Of a stretch of 64,000 nt of DNA, positions 30,119-40,963 are shown piece after piece. A program made the position numbers and the translations under genes. Each line of letters opens with the position of its first letter. Positions within the stretch are counted from its first letter, which is position 1. The notes under the pieces were generated by a model that saw nothing but the letters and a program-made list of their open reading frames with translations, ran no database searches and was not told the DNA's origin. Source of the stretch: a virus (taxonomy: Duplodnaviria; Caudoviricetes); the IMG/VR virus record IMGVR_UViG_2904560550_000001, positions 57,625 through 121,624 of that record; one strand, given 5' to 3'.

Positions 30119-30493
30119 ATGAAAAAGGAATTAAAGATACTGAAAGTATCTGCTGAAGCTTTACATACCTACAAAAACGATGTAAAAAGGAATTACAACA
30201 TTGACGAAGACCAAGCAAGAAGAAAATTAACCAGGAATGTAATGTTGGTTAAGGAATTTAAACCAAGAGGAATTAAAAGAGGTCTTTTTTCTAAAACATA
30301 TTCATATGGAAACTTAAAGATCACAATCCGGCATGGAACAGTAATAAGGATTGAAAATGTAAAAGGTGATCCTGAACCTTGGGACTTTCCAAAAAAGAGA
30401 TACATAGAATTAAACAAGCTACTTGGTATTAGGGATTGTAAGTTTAGTAGCAAGTCTCATTATAGACATTTTAAGAATAAAAATAAAATATAA
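30119..30493 (+). CDS. YorE-like protein
   Basis: AAAGGAGG RBS; synteny. Confidence 0.75.
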   Translation: MKKELKILKVSAEALHTYKNDVKRNYNIDEDQARRKLTRNVMLVKEFKPRGIKRGLFSKTYSYGNLKITIRHGTVIRIENVKGDPEPWDFPKKRYIELNKLLGIRDCKFSSKSHYRHFKNKNKI

Positions 30494-30512
30494 AATTAAC
30501 GGAGGCGTTATA

Positions 30513-31754
30513 TTGAGCAAACTTTATAATACATTTGAATTTATTGGTAACCTATTTATTTCAAATAATAAAGAGAAATTCCATGAAATTAAGGAATATG
30601 ACAGCGGATGGGTTAAGGAACGGTTAAGCTTCGCAGTTCAAGAGTCAAAAACAAACAGTGTTTTTGTTGAGATTGAAGGTGGTTACTCAAAAAGTAAACA
30701 AAATAAAGTGTTTTCATTTAGCAAGGGTACAGAAAATGAAAAAGGATCAAGACTCGAAATTCCATGGGAAGATCGGTTGAAAGAAGAAACAGTAAACATG
30801 GTTGCTGATTTTTCTAAGATCCTAATTAACTTAAACGATGAGTCAACAAAAGCCAAATTAAATGAATTGAAATTTAAAATTAGAGGGTTGGAAATGAAAG
30901 GCTCTCTTACTGAAGAAGAAAATAAAACTTTATCTACTCTCAAGGGAGAATATAAACAATTAAACGTAAACGGTGCAGAATTCATTCATGAATATGATGC
31001 TATTCAGTACTTGTCCCAAAACCTCGAAAAGCATAAAGACAATAAATTTAAAATCACAGGCAATATTGAATACAATTCATGGAATGGACGGAATTTTAGA
31101 AAGTTCAAAATCAAAACCATTGAAATTGTAAGTAGTGATACACCATCTCAACTAAGAGCCACCATGGATGTATTTTTCACAAGTGAATCTTTAGATGAAT
31201 CGTCATTTGAGGAAGAAAAAAGGTTCTTTGTTGATGCGTACGTACTTAGCTATGATAATCAGGCAAAAAAAGATCGATTTTTTCCTCAGCAATTAGTCAT
31301 CAATGCACAAAAATTGGACTTTGAAAATGAATTACATATGAAACGGTTAGATCTCTTGAAAAACTTCTTTAAAGTTGAAAATGATGAAGTATTTCACCTT
31401 CAATGGGTTGTGAATATTTTCAGGGGTGCTGATGAGATTGAGTTTACCGAAGAGGAACTCACGGAAAGTCAAAAGGAAATGATTGCTTTAGGTTTAAACA
31501 CAATGGATGACTTTAAACCTAAAGGAGGGTTATTGGGAGAAAATCGTGAAGAAAATAGACTTTTAAAACCTATTTTAAAAAAGATTAATGATTCTAATGA
31601 TTTTACAGAAGGTGCCGCAACATCTACATATGAAATTGAAGATCTTACATATATTCCACAACAGATTCAAAATTCTACACCACCCGTAGAAAAAGAAGAA
31701 CCTAAAGTGACTGAAGAAGAAAAAGATAATGCATTTGATGGGTTATTTGCTTGA
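30513..31754 (+). CDS. YorF-like protein, probable ssDNA-binding protein
   Basis: GGAGG RBS with TTG; acidic tail ending FDGLFA; synteny. Confidence 0.65.
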   Translation: MSKLYNTFEFIGNLFISNNKEKFHEIKEYDSGWVKERLSFAVQESKTNSVFVEIEGGYSKSKQNKVFSFSKGTENEKGSRLEIPWEDRLKEETVNMVADFSKILINLNDESTKAKLNELKFKIRGLEMKGSLTEEENKTLSTLKGEYKQLNVNGAEFIHEYDAIQYLSQNLEKHKDNKFKITGNIEYNSWNGRNFRKFKIKTIEIVSSDTPSQLRATMDVFFTSESLDESSFEEEKRFFVDAYVLSYDNQAKKDRFFPQQLVINAQKLDFENELHMKRLDLLKNFFKVENDEVFHLQWVVNIFRGADEIEFTEEELTESQKEMIALGLNTMDDFKPKGGLLGENREENRLLKPILKKINDSNDFTEGAATSTYEIEDLTYIPQQIQNSTPPVEKEEPKVTEEEKDNAFDGLFA

Positions 31755-31808
31755 TTTGAAAAACCTAACTAACATTTATTTAAAAACAATAAGGAGATGT
31801 TTATCCAT

Positions 31809-32924
31809 ATGGCAAGAAAATTTGGTAAAAAGAATAAAATTAAAGTTAATCCTCTCGATTATAACACTGGAATTATTGGTGAATCGGGGATCGGTAAAAC
31901 AACTCTAGCTAAAGAAGTTTGCGAAAAATTAGTCGGAGAAGACGGGTATATAATCTTGAATATTGGTAAAGAGGATGGTATTGATGCCATCCCCAATGCC
32001 TCTTATGAAGATGTTCCTGATTGGACAACCTTTGATGAAATTACTAAAGATATTATTAAAAACAGAACAACAGATTATGCTGATTTAAAGGTTTTAGTAT
32101 ATGACACATTTGATGAGTTGATTAAAATTACAGAACCAGAAGTTATTAGACTACACAATAAAGCAAATCCTGAAAAAAGAGTGAATACCATTAAAGCAGC
32201 ATTCGGTGGTTTCCAGGCAGGAGAAGACAAGGTAATTGAGTTAATTCTTGAAAAGATGTGGAAACTTAAAAAGGTCGGTATTAGCATGTTTATTTTAGGT
32301 CATACGAAGAAAAGAACAATGACAGACGTAGTTACTGGTTTGGAATATGACATGCTGACAACCAATATGACACATAAATACTTCAATGCGATTAAAACCA
32401 AGCTCCACGTCTTAGGAGTAGCATCTATTAATCGGTCGATTGAAAAGAAAACAGTAAAACAAAAAATTGGGCCTGATAAAACAGTGGGAACAGTTGTTGA
32501 CGAATCAAGAATCATCACTTTTAGAGATGACAACTTTAATATTGATTCAAAGTCGAGGTTCTCAGATATCACACCGTCTATTCCATTAGATCCGAATGAA
32601 TTTATTAAAGCAATTGAACAAGCTATCCATGAGGCTTTTGATAAACAAAAAAATAACACAAATAACATTGAAGAAGAAAGAAAAGAACAAGAGCAAATTA
32701 AAGAAATTCAAATTCACAACGAAGTTATCAACTCCTCTTTTATTGATAAAGAAGAGAATGAAAGATTAGCAGAAGAGATTAAGACACTATTCCCTAATGC
32801 AACTAATCAAGCTAAGGGTGAAATGAAGAAAATTATGGATCAATTTAATATGAAAGATTTTAAAGGGGTAGACATTGTACCAACTACAGCATTCGAAAAG
32901 ATAGTCGAAGCATTATCTAACTGA
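31809..32924 (+). CDS. AAA/Sak4-like ATPase (YorG-like)
   Basis: Walker A GESGIGKTT; LVYDT. Confidence 0.85.
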   Translation: MARKFGKKNKIKVNPLDYNTGIIGESGIGKTTLAKEVCEKLVGEDGYIILNIGKEDGIDAIPNASYEDVPDWTTFDEITKDIIKNRTTDYADLKVLVYDTFDELIKITEPEVIRLHNKANPEKRVNTIKAAFGGFQAGEDKVIELILEKMWKLKKVGISMFILGHTKKRTMTDVVTGLEYDMLTTNMTHKYFNAIKTKLHVLGVASINRSIEKKTVKQKIGPDKTVGTVVDESRIITFRDDNFNIDSKSRFSDITPSIPLDPNEFIKAIEQAIHEAFDKQKNNTNNIEEERKEQEQIKEIQIHNEVINSSFIDKEENERLAEEIKTLFPNATNQAKGEMKKIMDQFNMKDFKGVDIVPTTAFEKIVEALSN

Positions 32925-32972
32925 AGGAAAAGAGGGGGAGACTCTCCCCCTTATTAATAGGAGAGGGTATTC

Positions 32973-33524
32973 TTGGCCAGAAGATGTGTATGTCAAATAT
33001 GTAAAGCTAATGGAACTGTCGATACTTTTTTCAGGGTTTCTGACGATAAGGGGAAAAATAAATACTACTGTTCTATGGATGAATATGAAAACTATATCAA
33101 GGATAAGGCGAAACGAAAAAACCTCTTAAATTACATAGCGAAAGATGTCTTGAATTATAGCGAGGGTCAAGTCATTCCTCCAATTTTTCTAAAAAAGATA
33201 GCCGAACTAAAAAGTTTTTATGATTATGAAGTGATACAAATTTGCTTTGAGAAGAACCAACAAACAATTCAATATTGGTTAACTAATAAAGAGTTTTACA
33301 ACGAGTATGGAATGATTAGCTATATTTTTAAGATTGTTGAAAGTAACATCAATGATGTTTATAAGGAATGGCTGCATGAACAAAATCAGAGAATGATTGA
33401 AAAAAATCATCATCTAGATATTGCAATCGTAAATCAAACTAATATCGTTGATTCCACATCTTTAAAACAAAACAATTCACCAAAAAATATAACAGAGTTT
33501 CTGGATGGGGAGGACGAGTATTGA
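32973..33524 (+). CDS. YorH-like replication protein
   Basis: CQIC...YYCS; synteny. Confidence 0.7.
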   Translation: MARRCVCQICKANGTVDTFFRVSDDKGKNKYYCSMDEYENYIKDKAKRKNLLNYIAKDVLNYSEGQVIPPIFLKKIAELKSFYDYEVIQICFEKNQQTIQYWLTNKEFYNEYGMISYIFKIVESNINDVYKEWLHEQNQRMIEKNHHLDIAIVNQTNIVDSTSLKQNNSPKNITEFLDGEDEY

Positions 33525-35002
33525 ACAACTTAGATTCTTATCCAAAGGAATTAGTTGAAAACAGGGGACAAATTGAAGGAAGCTTTATATTCTGTTTATG
33601 GAAAAACCCTGATTTGTATGAGGATTATAAAGACCACGTGAGGGCGGATAGAGATTTTCTAACAGAAGACGGGAAATTTTATTACTCTCTAGGTTTAGAA
33701 CTGAGCAACATGAATTATAAGAGCTTTGATGATGCGAGTGTTTTCAGCTACATAGAAGGTAAAGAAACATTAAAAAATGGTTTTATTCGGCGAGGTGGAA
33801 TGAAAACCATTGATGAACTCAAGCACGTATTAAACGATGAAAACGTTGATACATACTATGATGAGCTAATTAAATTTAACATGATACTTAAACTTCATGA
33901 TAAGGGATTTAATGTTACGAACGAGCTTGATAAATTCAAAAAAATGACGAGTCAGCAATTGTACAGTTACTTTGAATTTCAATTAGATAATGTTTTTCTA
34001 GGTCGAGGTTCAGGAGTTAAAATTGAAGATCTGGATTTGAATGAAGAGTTTGTCGAATCAATTGAAAACGGGGAAGAAATGGGATTAAGCTATTCAGCTG
34101 CATGTCCATTATTAAATTATCACACACTTGGACTTCATAAATCTAATGTTCAAATTTTTGCTGGATTTAGTGGGACAGGAAAAACAAGTTTTTGTGTTTC
34201 TTCTTATATCATGTCAATTTTGGATCAGGGTGAAAAGGTAACAATTATCGCCAATGAAATGAATAAAAGGGCTTGGCAACATATTTTTATGGCAACAATT
34301 TTAAGTCATAAACTTGGTTATTATGGTTTGCCAAGAAAGAAACAAAAAATGGGCAACCTAAAGCATGAGCAAAAAGAAATGTTACAAAAGGCAATTGAAT
34401 ATTATGAGAAGCATTACAAGGGGCGTATCAAATTTGCCAAGATATACGATTACAGCATTAATGACGTAAAGAGAATAATGAGAAGAATGGCAAAACAAGG
34501 CTTCGGTTATATGCTTTACGATACATTTAAAGCTGAAGATTCTGCTTCAACTAATGTAACAGGTGAGCTAATTGAAGCTTCAAAACAGTTATTACAAGTT
34601 GCGGAAAAAGAGGATATTTGTATCATCATTACAATGCAATTAGCCATCTATATGGAGAATACAAGATATCTAACAGCGTCTTGTTTATCAAATGCCAAAG
34701 CAGTTAAGGAGATTGTTTCCGAGTTAGTTCTAACAAGACCTTTATGGGAAGATGAATTCCCAGGAGGAAAATTCGATGTTAAACCCTATAGATTCAAAAA
34801 AGACTCGTCGGGAAAATTTACAAACATTAAAGAAGAAATTCAGTTAGACCCAAATAAGAAGTATAGATTATTCTTTTTGAATAAGACACGGAATGACGAA
34901 GGCGATACAGTGTTGCTATACCAATTTGACGGTGCATGGAATAAATGGATTGAGCTCGGTTATTGTACTCCTAAACATCAGAGAACTACAGAGCGGACAT
35001 GA
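33521..35002 (+). CDS. DnaB-like replicative helicase (YorI-like)
   Basis: GFSGTGKTS, ANEM, YD, MQL, KTR. Confidence 0.9.
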   Translation: MNNLDSYPKELVENRGQIEGSFIFCLWKNPDLYEDYKDHVRADRDFLTEDGKFYYSLGLELSNMNYKSFDDASVFSYIEGKETLKNGFIRRGGMKTIDELKHVLNDENVDTYYDELIKFNMILKLHDKGFNVTNELDKFKKMTSQQLYSYFEFQLDNVFLGRGSGVKIEDLDLNEEFVESIENGEEMGLSYSAACPLLNYHTLGLHKSNVQIFAGFSGTGKTSFCVSSYIMSILDQGEKVTIIANEMNKRAWQHIFMATILSHKLGYYGLPRKKQKMGNLKHEQKEMLQKAIEYYEKHYKGRIKFAKIYDYSINDVKRIMRRMAKQGFGYMLYDTFKAEDSASTNVTGELIEASKQLLQVAEKEDICIIITMQLAIYMENTRYLTASCLSNAKAVKEIVSELVLTRPLWEDEFPGGKFDVKPYRFKKDSSGKFTNIKEEIQLDPNKKYRLFFLNKTRNDEGDTVLLYQFDGAWNKWIELGYCTPKHQRTTERT

Positions 35003-35023
35003 TTACCAAGGGACGGTGAAATC

Positions 35024-36040
35024 ATGGACGTATATGATCTTAAGAATCACATTATTGAAAAGCCAGATTACATAGAACTTATTTTAGAAAAGACGGGGTT
35101 TTACAACGTTGATGAACGCGGAAATGAGTATAGATGTGCAAGAAAAAAAGGAAGAAATCCGACATCAGTAAAAGTAAATAAAACCACTTTAGGTGCAACC
35201 TGTTTTTCAACCAACTTAAAAGGTGACTTGATAACACTTGTTCAAAATAAATTGGGTTTATCTTTTCCCAAAACAATCAAAAGGATATCTGAAATAGTTG
35301 ATTATAAAAGTGAAGAAGAATATAAACCACCTGAGTTACCATTCGGAGGTTTTTATAAGAAGATAAGAAAACTAAGTAATCCAATGGATTTGGATCTAGA
35401 AACGTATTCCGATGACATTTTAGATCAATTTGAATCTGTTCCAAATAAGCTGTTTTATGAGGATGGAATATTACCTATAACCCAATCTTTGTTCCAGGTT
35501 GGTTACGATAGTGTTTCCGGAAGAATAACGGTTCCATGGAAATCTCTTAGTGGTGAATTGTGTGGTGTAATGGGGCGTCTTAATAAGAAGGAAGTTAATG
35601 ATGAGGAAACAAAATGGCTGCCTATTATTTCATTTCCTAAGTCCAAAACGCTATACGGGTTTGTTGAAAATTACGGTTCAATTAGAGAAAAGAGCATTGT
35701 TATGATCGGGGAATCGGAAAAACATTCAATGGCCTTAGCAAGTAAGGGATTGAATGTTGGAGTTTCTTTAGGCGGTAGCTTTTTAAGTGAAATTCAAGCA
35801 AATCACATAAAATCAATGTTTCCGAAAAAGTCATTAGTCATGATGGATGAAGGATTAGGTGAAGAACATAGCGTAGAAATTGCCAACAGCCTAAAGTTTG
35901 AAAATTTCTTTGAAAATGAAGTTGGGTACATATTTGATCGTGAAAACAAGTATCTGCCTAAGGGATCAAAAATGGCACCAGCAGACCTTGATAAAAGCAC
36001 TCTACACTGTCTAATTAGAGACTGTACAGTTTGGATATGA
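35024..36040 (+). CDS. DNA primase (TOPRIM), YorJ-like
   Basis: RITVP, GR, LYG, GESE, MMDEG. Confidence 0.85.
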   Translation: MDVYDLKNHIIEKPDYIELILEKTGFYNVDERGNEYRCARKKGRNPTSVKVNKTTLGATCFSTNLKGDLITLVQNKLGLSFPKTIKRISEIVDYKSEEEYKPPELPFGGFYKKIRKLSNPMDLDLETYSDDILDQFESVPNKLFYEDGILPITQSLFQVGYDSVSGRITVPWKSLSGELCGVMGRLNKKEVNDEETKWLPIISFPKSKTLYGFVENYGSIREKSIVMIGESEKHSMALASKGLNVGVSLGGSFLSEIQANHIKSMFPKKSLVMMDEGLGEEHSVEIANSLKFENFFENEVGYIFDRENKYLPKGSKMAPADLDKSTLHCLIRDCTVWI

Positions 36041-36055
36041 AAAGGAGATGATTGA

Positions 36056-37123
36056 TTGAAAGAAAAATTAAATGAATTGAGACAACAAGGGAAAAACATT
36101 TATTCCTTTTCAAAGCTCGGAACCTTTAATAACTGTGAATATGAATACTACAATACATACGTTTTGAAAAAGAAAGGCATAGATAATATTTACACCCTTA
36201 TGGGTTCTGAATTACATAACGGGATTGAACAGATTTATAAAAATGAATTAAACATTGGAGAATTTAAAAAGGGATTTGAAAATAGATTAATTGAATTAGA
36301 GCTGAATGGAGTCAACTTTCCGAGTGACTCAATCGGGGACAGCTGGAAAGCAGACATTGGTCATTTCCTAAACAATTTTAATAAAATTGACAGCAAAATG
36401 GTTTTAGAGAAGCTGCTTGTATTTGAAATATCAGATGGAATATATCTTCAAGGATATGTAGATGCAATCCTGCCCAGTGAAAAAGGAAAACCGTACGTTA
36501 GTATTTATGACTGGAAGACATCAAGTAAGTTTGCCGGCAAGAAATTAAATGAAGCAGGAAGACAGTTATTGATGTACAAGCTTGCGTTGGAGCAAACAAC
36601 TGACTTAAAAGTAGATAAAATCCTATGGTTCATGGTGAAATACGTTTATGTATGTACCCAAGGAAAAACCAAAGTGAAAAAGAAAATGTGTAACAGGGGT
36701 AAGTGGGTAAAGGAAATACGAATGCAGCTAGAAAAAGAGATGCGCACTCTGGAATATGATGATTTCGAAATTGACCTGTTGTTAGATAATGCAGTAAAAG
36801 AAAATAGCATAGACTGCTTACCTGAAGAGATTAAAAATAAGTATTGGCTTGAAGATTGTTTAGTTGAATACGAAGTTACTGAAGAGAAAATTAATGAACT
36901 GAAAGAATATATTACTGATACTGTTAAAAAGATTGAAAATAAAGACCGCGAAGATGAAACCCAATGGGAACCAGTGAAAATAGATAAATACAATTCCTTT
37001 TATTGTAGTGTCTTATGTGGTCACCGAAAAACATGCAAGTTTTATAAGGATTTTTTAAATAAATCATCAAATAAATTTAAGAAAAAGGATAAGACTGATT
37101 TGTTTGATAACCTATTTTCTTAG
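36056..37123 (+). CDS. PD-(D/E)XK nuclease (AddB/Cas4-like, Cys-coordinated)
   Basis: YSFS..C, GSELH, GYVD, DWKT, QL..Y, C-terminal CSVLC...C. Confidence 0.85.
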   Translation: MKEKLNELRQQGKNIYSFSKLGTFNNCEYEYYNTYVLKKKGIDNIYTLMGSELHNGIEQIYKNELNIGEFKKGFENRLIELELNGVNFPSDSIGDSWKADIGHFLNNFNKIDSKMVLEKLLVFEISDGIYLQGYVDAILPSEKGKPYVSIYDWKTSSKFAGKKLNEAGRQLLMYKLALEQTTDLKVDKILWFMVKYVYVCTQGKTKVKKKMCNRGKWVKEIRMQLEKEMRTLEYDDFEIDLLLDNAVKENSIDCLPEEIKNKYWLEDCLVEYEVTEEKINELKEYITDTVKKIENKDREDETQWEPVKIDKYNSFYCSVLCGHRKTCKFYKDFLNKSSNKFKKKDKTDLFDNLFS

Positions 37124-37129
37124 GGGGTA

Positions 37130-38854
37130 ATGATGAGGAAGATATTCTATGACTTTGAAGTTTTTAAACATAACTGGATGGTTGTACTGATCGATTACGA
37201 TACTAAAAAGGGTAAGGTTATTGTAGATGATGTTGATGAACTGAAACGATTCTATAAGATGTTTAAAGATGATATTTGGATTGGTTACAACTCTAGAATG
37301 TACGACCAATACATTTTAAAAGGAATTTTATTGGGAATGAACCCATATTTCATTAGTTCGAGAATCATTAATGATAATGTAAAGGGATTTAATGTTGTTG
37401 GAAAAGGTTATAAAATCCCACTGAATAACTTTGACATAACAACCGGTTTCCATAGCTTAAAGCAGCTAGAAGGCTTTATGGGTTCAAGGATTAAAGAGTC
37501 ATCAGTACCATTTGATATCTCAAGAGCATTAACAGAAAAAGAAATTAAGGAAGTAGTTGAGTACTGTATTCACGATGTGAAACAAACAATTGAAGTGTTT
37601 GATAATAAAAAAGAGGAATTCGAAAGCCAATTGGCCCTAATTGAAGCCTTTGATTTGGAAATGTCTATGTTTACAAAGACAAAAGCCCAATTATCTGCAT
37701 TTATCTTGGGGGCCGAAAAGCAAGGAAACAGGGGAGATGAGTTTGAACTTAGATTTCCTAATACATTAAAAATTGAAAAATACAAACACATTGTTGATTG
37801 GTATAGAAATCCTGAAAATCTAGATTATAAAAAAAATTTAAAGGTTGATGTTGCAGGTGTACCTCATATTTTTGCCTGGGGAGGCTTACATGGTGCATTA
37901 CCAAAGTATAAAGATGAAGGGATAATTTTATGTTGTGATGTTGCATCTCTATACCCTTCAATCATGATTGAATATGATTACATCAGTCGTAACGTGAAAA
38001 ATCCTTTAAAATATACTGAAATCAGAGATACACGGTTAGAACTCAAACGGAAAAAAGATCCTAAACAAGCCCCCTATAAGATCGTCCTAAACTCAACGTA
38101 TGGAGCAATGAAAGATCAGTATAATCCACTTTACGACCCGTTAATGGCCAATAACGTATGTTTAGCCGGACAGCTGCTGTTATTAGATTTGATCGAGAAA
38201 ATTGAACCGTATTGCAAACTGATTCAGTCAAATACTGATGGGTTGTTTATGAAAGTTGAAAAGGAATCTGATATTGATTTAATTAAGGAAGTGGCAAAGG
38301 AGTGGGAAATCAGAACACGATTAGATTTAGAGTGGGATGTTTATGAGAAGATTTATCAGAAGGATGTAAACAACTATATAATCATTGATAAAGATCAGAA
38401 GTATAAATCTAAAGGTGCTTATGTTAAAAAACTAAACAACCTGGATTATGACTTACCAATTGTAAATAAAGCCATGATTGAGTATTTTACAAAAGACATT
38501 CCAGTTGAAAAAACCATCAATGAATGTGATCAGTTAAGAGAATTTCAAAAGATATCAAAGGTTTCAAACAAATATATGTACGCTCTCTATGGAGAAGAAA
38601 GGCTACCCGAAAAAGTTTTAAGAGTTTTTGCTTCTAATGATGAAGATGCTAAAGGTGTTTTCAAGGTTAAAACAGAAGAACGAATTGAAAAAATCGGAAA
38701 TACTCCACCGCGCTGCTTTATAAATAATGATAACGTTATTGATTTAAAAGTTCCTGATTATCTTGATAAGGAATATTACATAGAGATAGCCAAAAAACGA
38801 ATAAATGATTATTTAGGAATATCGAATAGAAAGAAAACAAAGAAGGAGAAGTGA
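37130..38854 (+). CDS. Family B DNA polymerase with 3'-5' exonuclease
   Basis: DFE, YN...YD, YCIHD; DVASLYPS, KIVLNSTYG, NTDG. Confidence 0.92.
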   Translation: MMRKIFYDFEVFKHNWMVVLIDYDTKKGKVIVDDVDELKRFYKMFKDDIWIGYNSRMYDQYILKGILLGMNPYFISSRIINDNVKGFNVVGKGYKIPLNNFDITTGFHSLKQLEGFMGSRIKESSVPFDISRALTEKEIKEVVEYCIHDVKQTIEVFDNKKEEFESQLALIEAFDLEMSMFTKTKAQLSAFILGAEKQGNRGDEFELRFPNTLKIEKYKHIVDWYRNPENLDYKKNLKVDVAGVPHIFAWGGLHGALPKYKDEGIILCCDVASLYPSIMIEYDYISRNVKNPLKYTEIRDTRLELKRKKDPKQAPYKIVLNSTYGAMKDQYNPLYDPLMANNVCLAGQLLLLDLIEKIEPYCKLIQSNTDGLFMKVEKESDIDLIKEVAKEWEIRTRLDLEWDVYEKIYQKDVNNYIIIDKDQKYKSKGAYVKKLNNLDYDLPIVNKAMIEYFTKDIPVEKTINECDQLREFQKISKVSNKYMYALYGEERLPEKVLRVFASNDEDAKGVFKVKTEERIEKIGNTPPRCFINNDNVIDLKVPDYLDKEYYIEIAKKRINDYLGISNRKKTKKEK

Positions 38855-39576
38855 TATGCATCGTCATTAAGAGTAAAAATAAAATAAAAACACACATTTT
38901 CAAGTCCGTTTATGGTATGATGATTTTAATTCCTTTAACCACTTTTTCTTACATAAGTTATGAGCAACATTTACATAAAACAGAGGGAAATGAAGACTCA
39001 ATAAAAGAATCATTTTATAAGAAGCCTAGACAGATTAGGATCCCATCAAGTGAGAATATTGTCTTAGGGCTTTTTAAAAAAGCCCTAACGAACAAAGAAC
39101 AACAATTAAAAAGGCATACAGAGAAGATTATCTCAGCAAAACTCATTAAACCTAAGCAAAGTAAGAAAAGGCACATGAGAGGAGGTGAGAAGGCAAAGTA
39201 TAGAGTTTTTAAGAGTAAAAATAAAATATATAAACACAAAAAAGAAAACGAGGCACCAGCCGCAAAGAAAACCATCCAGGTTAAGCTGAGTGCTTATATT
39301 GCCCACTGCCAAGAAGGATGCACAGGAACAACTAGAACAGGTGTTGATGTTACTCAATCAATCTATTACAAAGGGTATCGTGTTATTGCAACCGATCCAA
39401 GTGTCATTCCCTTGAATTCAATTGTTGAAATAAGCATTGGTGGGGAAACGTTCAAAGCAATTGCAATTGATACTGGTGGCGCAATCGTTGGAAATAAAGT
39501 GGACTTGCTCGTAGCAACCGAGCACGACGCAATTAATTTTGGTAAGCAAAGTGGGACAATTTCAATTATTAGTTAG
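38851..39576 (+). CDS. 3D-domain protein (YorM-like)
   Basis: IATDPSVIPL, DTGGAI, VDLL; N-terminal transmembrane segment. Confidence 0.85.
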   Translation: MICIVIKSKNKIKTHIFKSVYGMMILIPLTTFSYISYEQHLHKTEGNEDSIKESFYKKPRQIRIPSSENIVLGLFKKALTNKEQQLKRHTEKIISAKLIKPKQSKKRHMRGGEKAKYRVFKSKNKIYKHKKENEAPAAKKTIQVKLSAYIAHCQEGCTGTTRTGVDVTQSIYYKGYRVIATDPSVIPLNSIVEISIGGETFKAIAIDTGGAIVGNKVDLLVATEHDAINFGKQSGTISIIS

Positions 39577-39587
39577 GAGGCGGTTTA

Positions 39588-39791
39588 TTGCCTAAGTTTT
39601 GGTCTTATCCAGAAGGGTTAAAAGTTATCATAAATGAGAATGCAAAGAGTGCTTGTCCTCATCATGTGGGACGGGAAGGGAAAATTATTGAGTTGCTTCA
39701 CTCTGCTACATATGATTACGCAGTCAGTGATGAAACAGGTGATATTACATTCTTCAAGGAGCATGAATTAAATCCAGCTAAAGGAGGTTAA
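39588..39791 (+). CDS. yorP: YorP family protein
   Basis: MPKFWSYPEG; synteny. Confidence 0.75.
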   Translation: MPKFWSYPEGLKVIINENAKSACPHHVGREGKIIELLHSATYDYAVSDETGDITFFKEHELNPAKGG

Positions 39792-39795
39792 TTGT

Positions 39796-39954
39796 ATGTT
39801 TAAAAAGGGAGAGAAGGTGATTGCTGGTTTCACAGAAGAAATTGGTGTTGTTGCACAAGTTGATAAAGGACATGAGCAATTAGAAGTTGAGTATCCAGAT
39901 GGCTCATATAGAGTGATTGGCTTCAGCAATGTGAGAAGGGTGGAAGATAAATGA
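39796..39954 (+). CDS. YorQ-like 52-aa protein (not in ORF track)
   Basis: AAGGAGG RBS; MFKKGEKV. Confidence 0.65.
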   Translation: MFKKGEKVIAGFTEEIGVVAQVDKGHEQLEVEYPDGSYRVIGFSNVRRVEDK

Positions 39955-40448
39955 CGATGATAATTTTAGAAGGAACTGACTGCTGCTACAAATCAACAGT
40001 GGCAGATAAGCTTAGCAAAGAACTGGGATATCCGGTCATAAAGGGATCCAGCTTTGAATTAGCTAAGAGCGGTAATGAGAAGCTGTTTGAACACTTCAAC
40101 AAACTGGCCGATGAGGACAATGTAATTATTGATCGATACATATATTCAAATTTGGTTTATGCGAGAAAGTTCAAGGGTTACTCAATCTTAACGGAAGATC
40201 AGCAAAGGGAGATTGAGGAGAAGATTAGATATAAAGCAAAAGTGGTTTATTTACATGCTGATCCGAAAGTTATTAAGCAGCGTTTACTTGAACGTGGTGA
40301 TGAATACATAAATGATCGAGACATTGAGCCGGTCTTAGAGTTATACCGAGAAGTAATGAGCAATGTAAGATTACATACATATTCGTGGGATACAGAACAA
40401 TGGAATAGTGATGAGATCGTAGAAGGTTTGATTCAATTATTTGAGTAA
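39951..40448 (+). CDS. Deoxynucleotide kinase (YorR-like)
   Basis: EGTDCCYKST P-loop variant; IDRY. Confidence 0.85.
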   Translation: MTMIILEGTDCCYKSTVADKLSKELGYPVIKGSSFELAKSGNEKLFEHFNKLADEDNVIIDRYIYSNLVYARKFKGYSILTEDQQREIEEKIRYKAKVVYLHADPKVIKQRLLERGDEYINDRDIEPVLELYREVMSNVRLHTYSWDTEQWNSDEIVEGLIQLFE

Positions 40449-40486
40449 AAAATAGAGAGAAGGAGTGAATTAACACTCCTCAGTAA

Positions 40487-40834
40487 CTAACGTGCTTCTA
40501 CTGTAATTTTAAAAATTACATAATTGTCGTTAATGTCATACGCGTAAACCAATGCTGTGCCCAATGTTGAATGAGAGGATACAACACCACTGGAACTAAT
40601 GCTAATAAGGTTGCTTCCAGAAACAATTTCCCACCGGGTGTAACCTTTTAATAGAGATACGTTAGAATTCCTAAGCATGTGGTAATCAACTGTACCGAGC
40701 GGATCGCCTAGCTGCTTAACTTGGTCAACTGATTTGACAGGTGTTAGGGCTGAAGCTTGTGATGTGAATGCAGGGAGAGCTAGTGTTGTAAGCGATAGAG
40801 CAGAAACAATCAATCCTTTGTAAAACTTTTTCAT
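40487..40834 (-). CDS. Secreted protein with Ig-like domain
   Basis: Signal peptide ending ASA; AGGAGG RBS; W...ISISSSGVV...GTALV. Confidence 0.7.
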   Translation of the reverse strand: MKKFYKGLIVSALSLTTLALPAFTSQASALTPVKSVDQVKQLGDPLGTVDYHMLRNSNVSLLKGYTRWEIVSGSNLISISSSGVVSSHSTLGTALVYAYDINDNYVIFKITVEAR

Positions 40835-40963
40835 AAGAATTACCTCCTAGGTTTTGATTGTAAGTACAACCCTAGTCTAACATGTAAAAAATTTGAAATG
40901 TGTGAAGTGTTTGTGAAACCGATTAAAATATCTCTTTTAAAGAGTAAAAATAAAATATAAGAG

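Noticed and set aside
36056-37123. Cas4 as part of a CRISPR system
   Set aside because: No cas1, cas2 or array; the gene sits in a phage replication operon.
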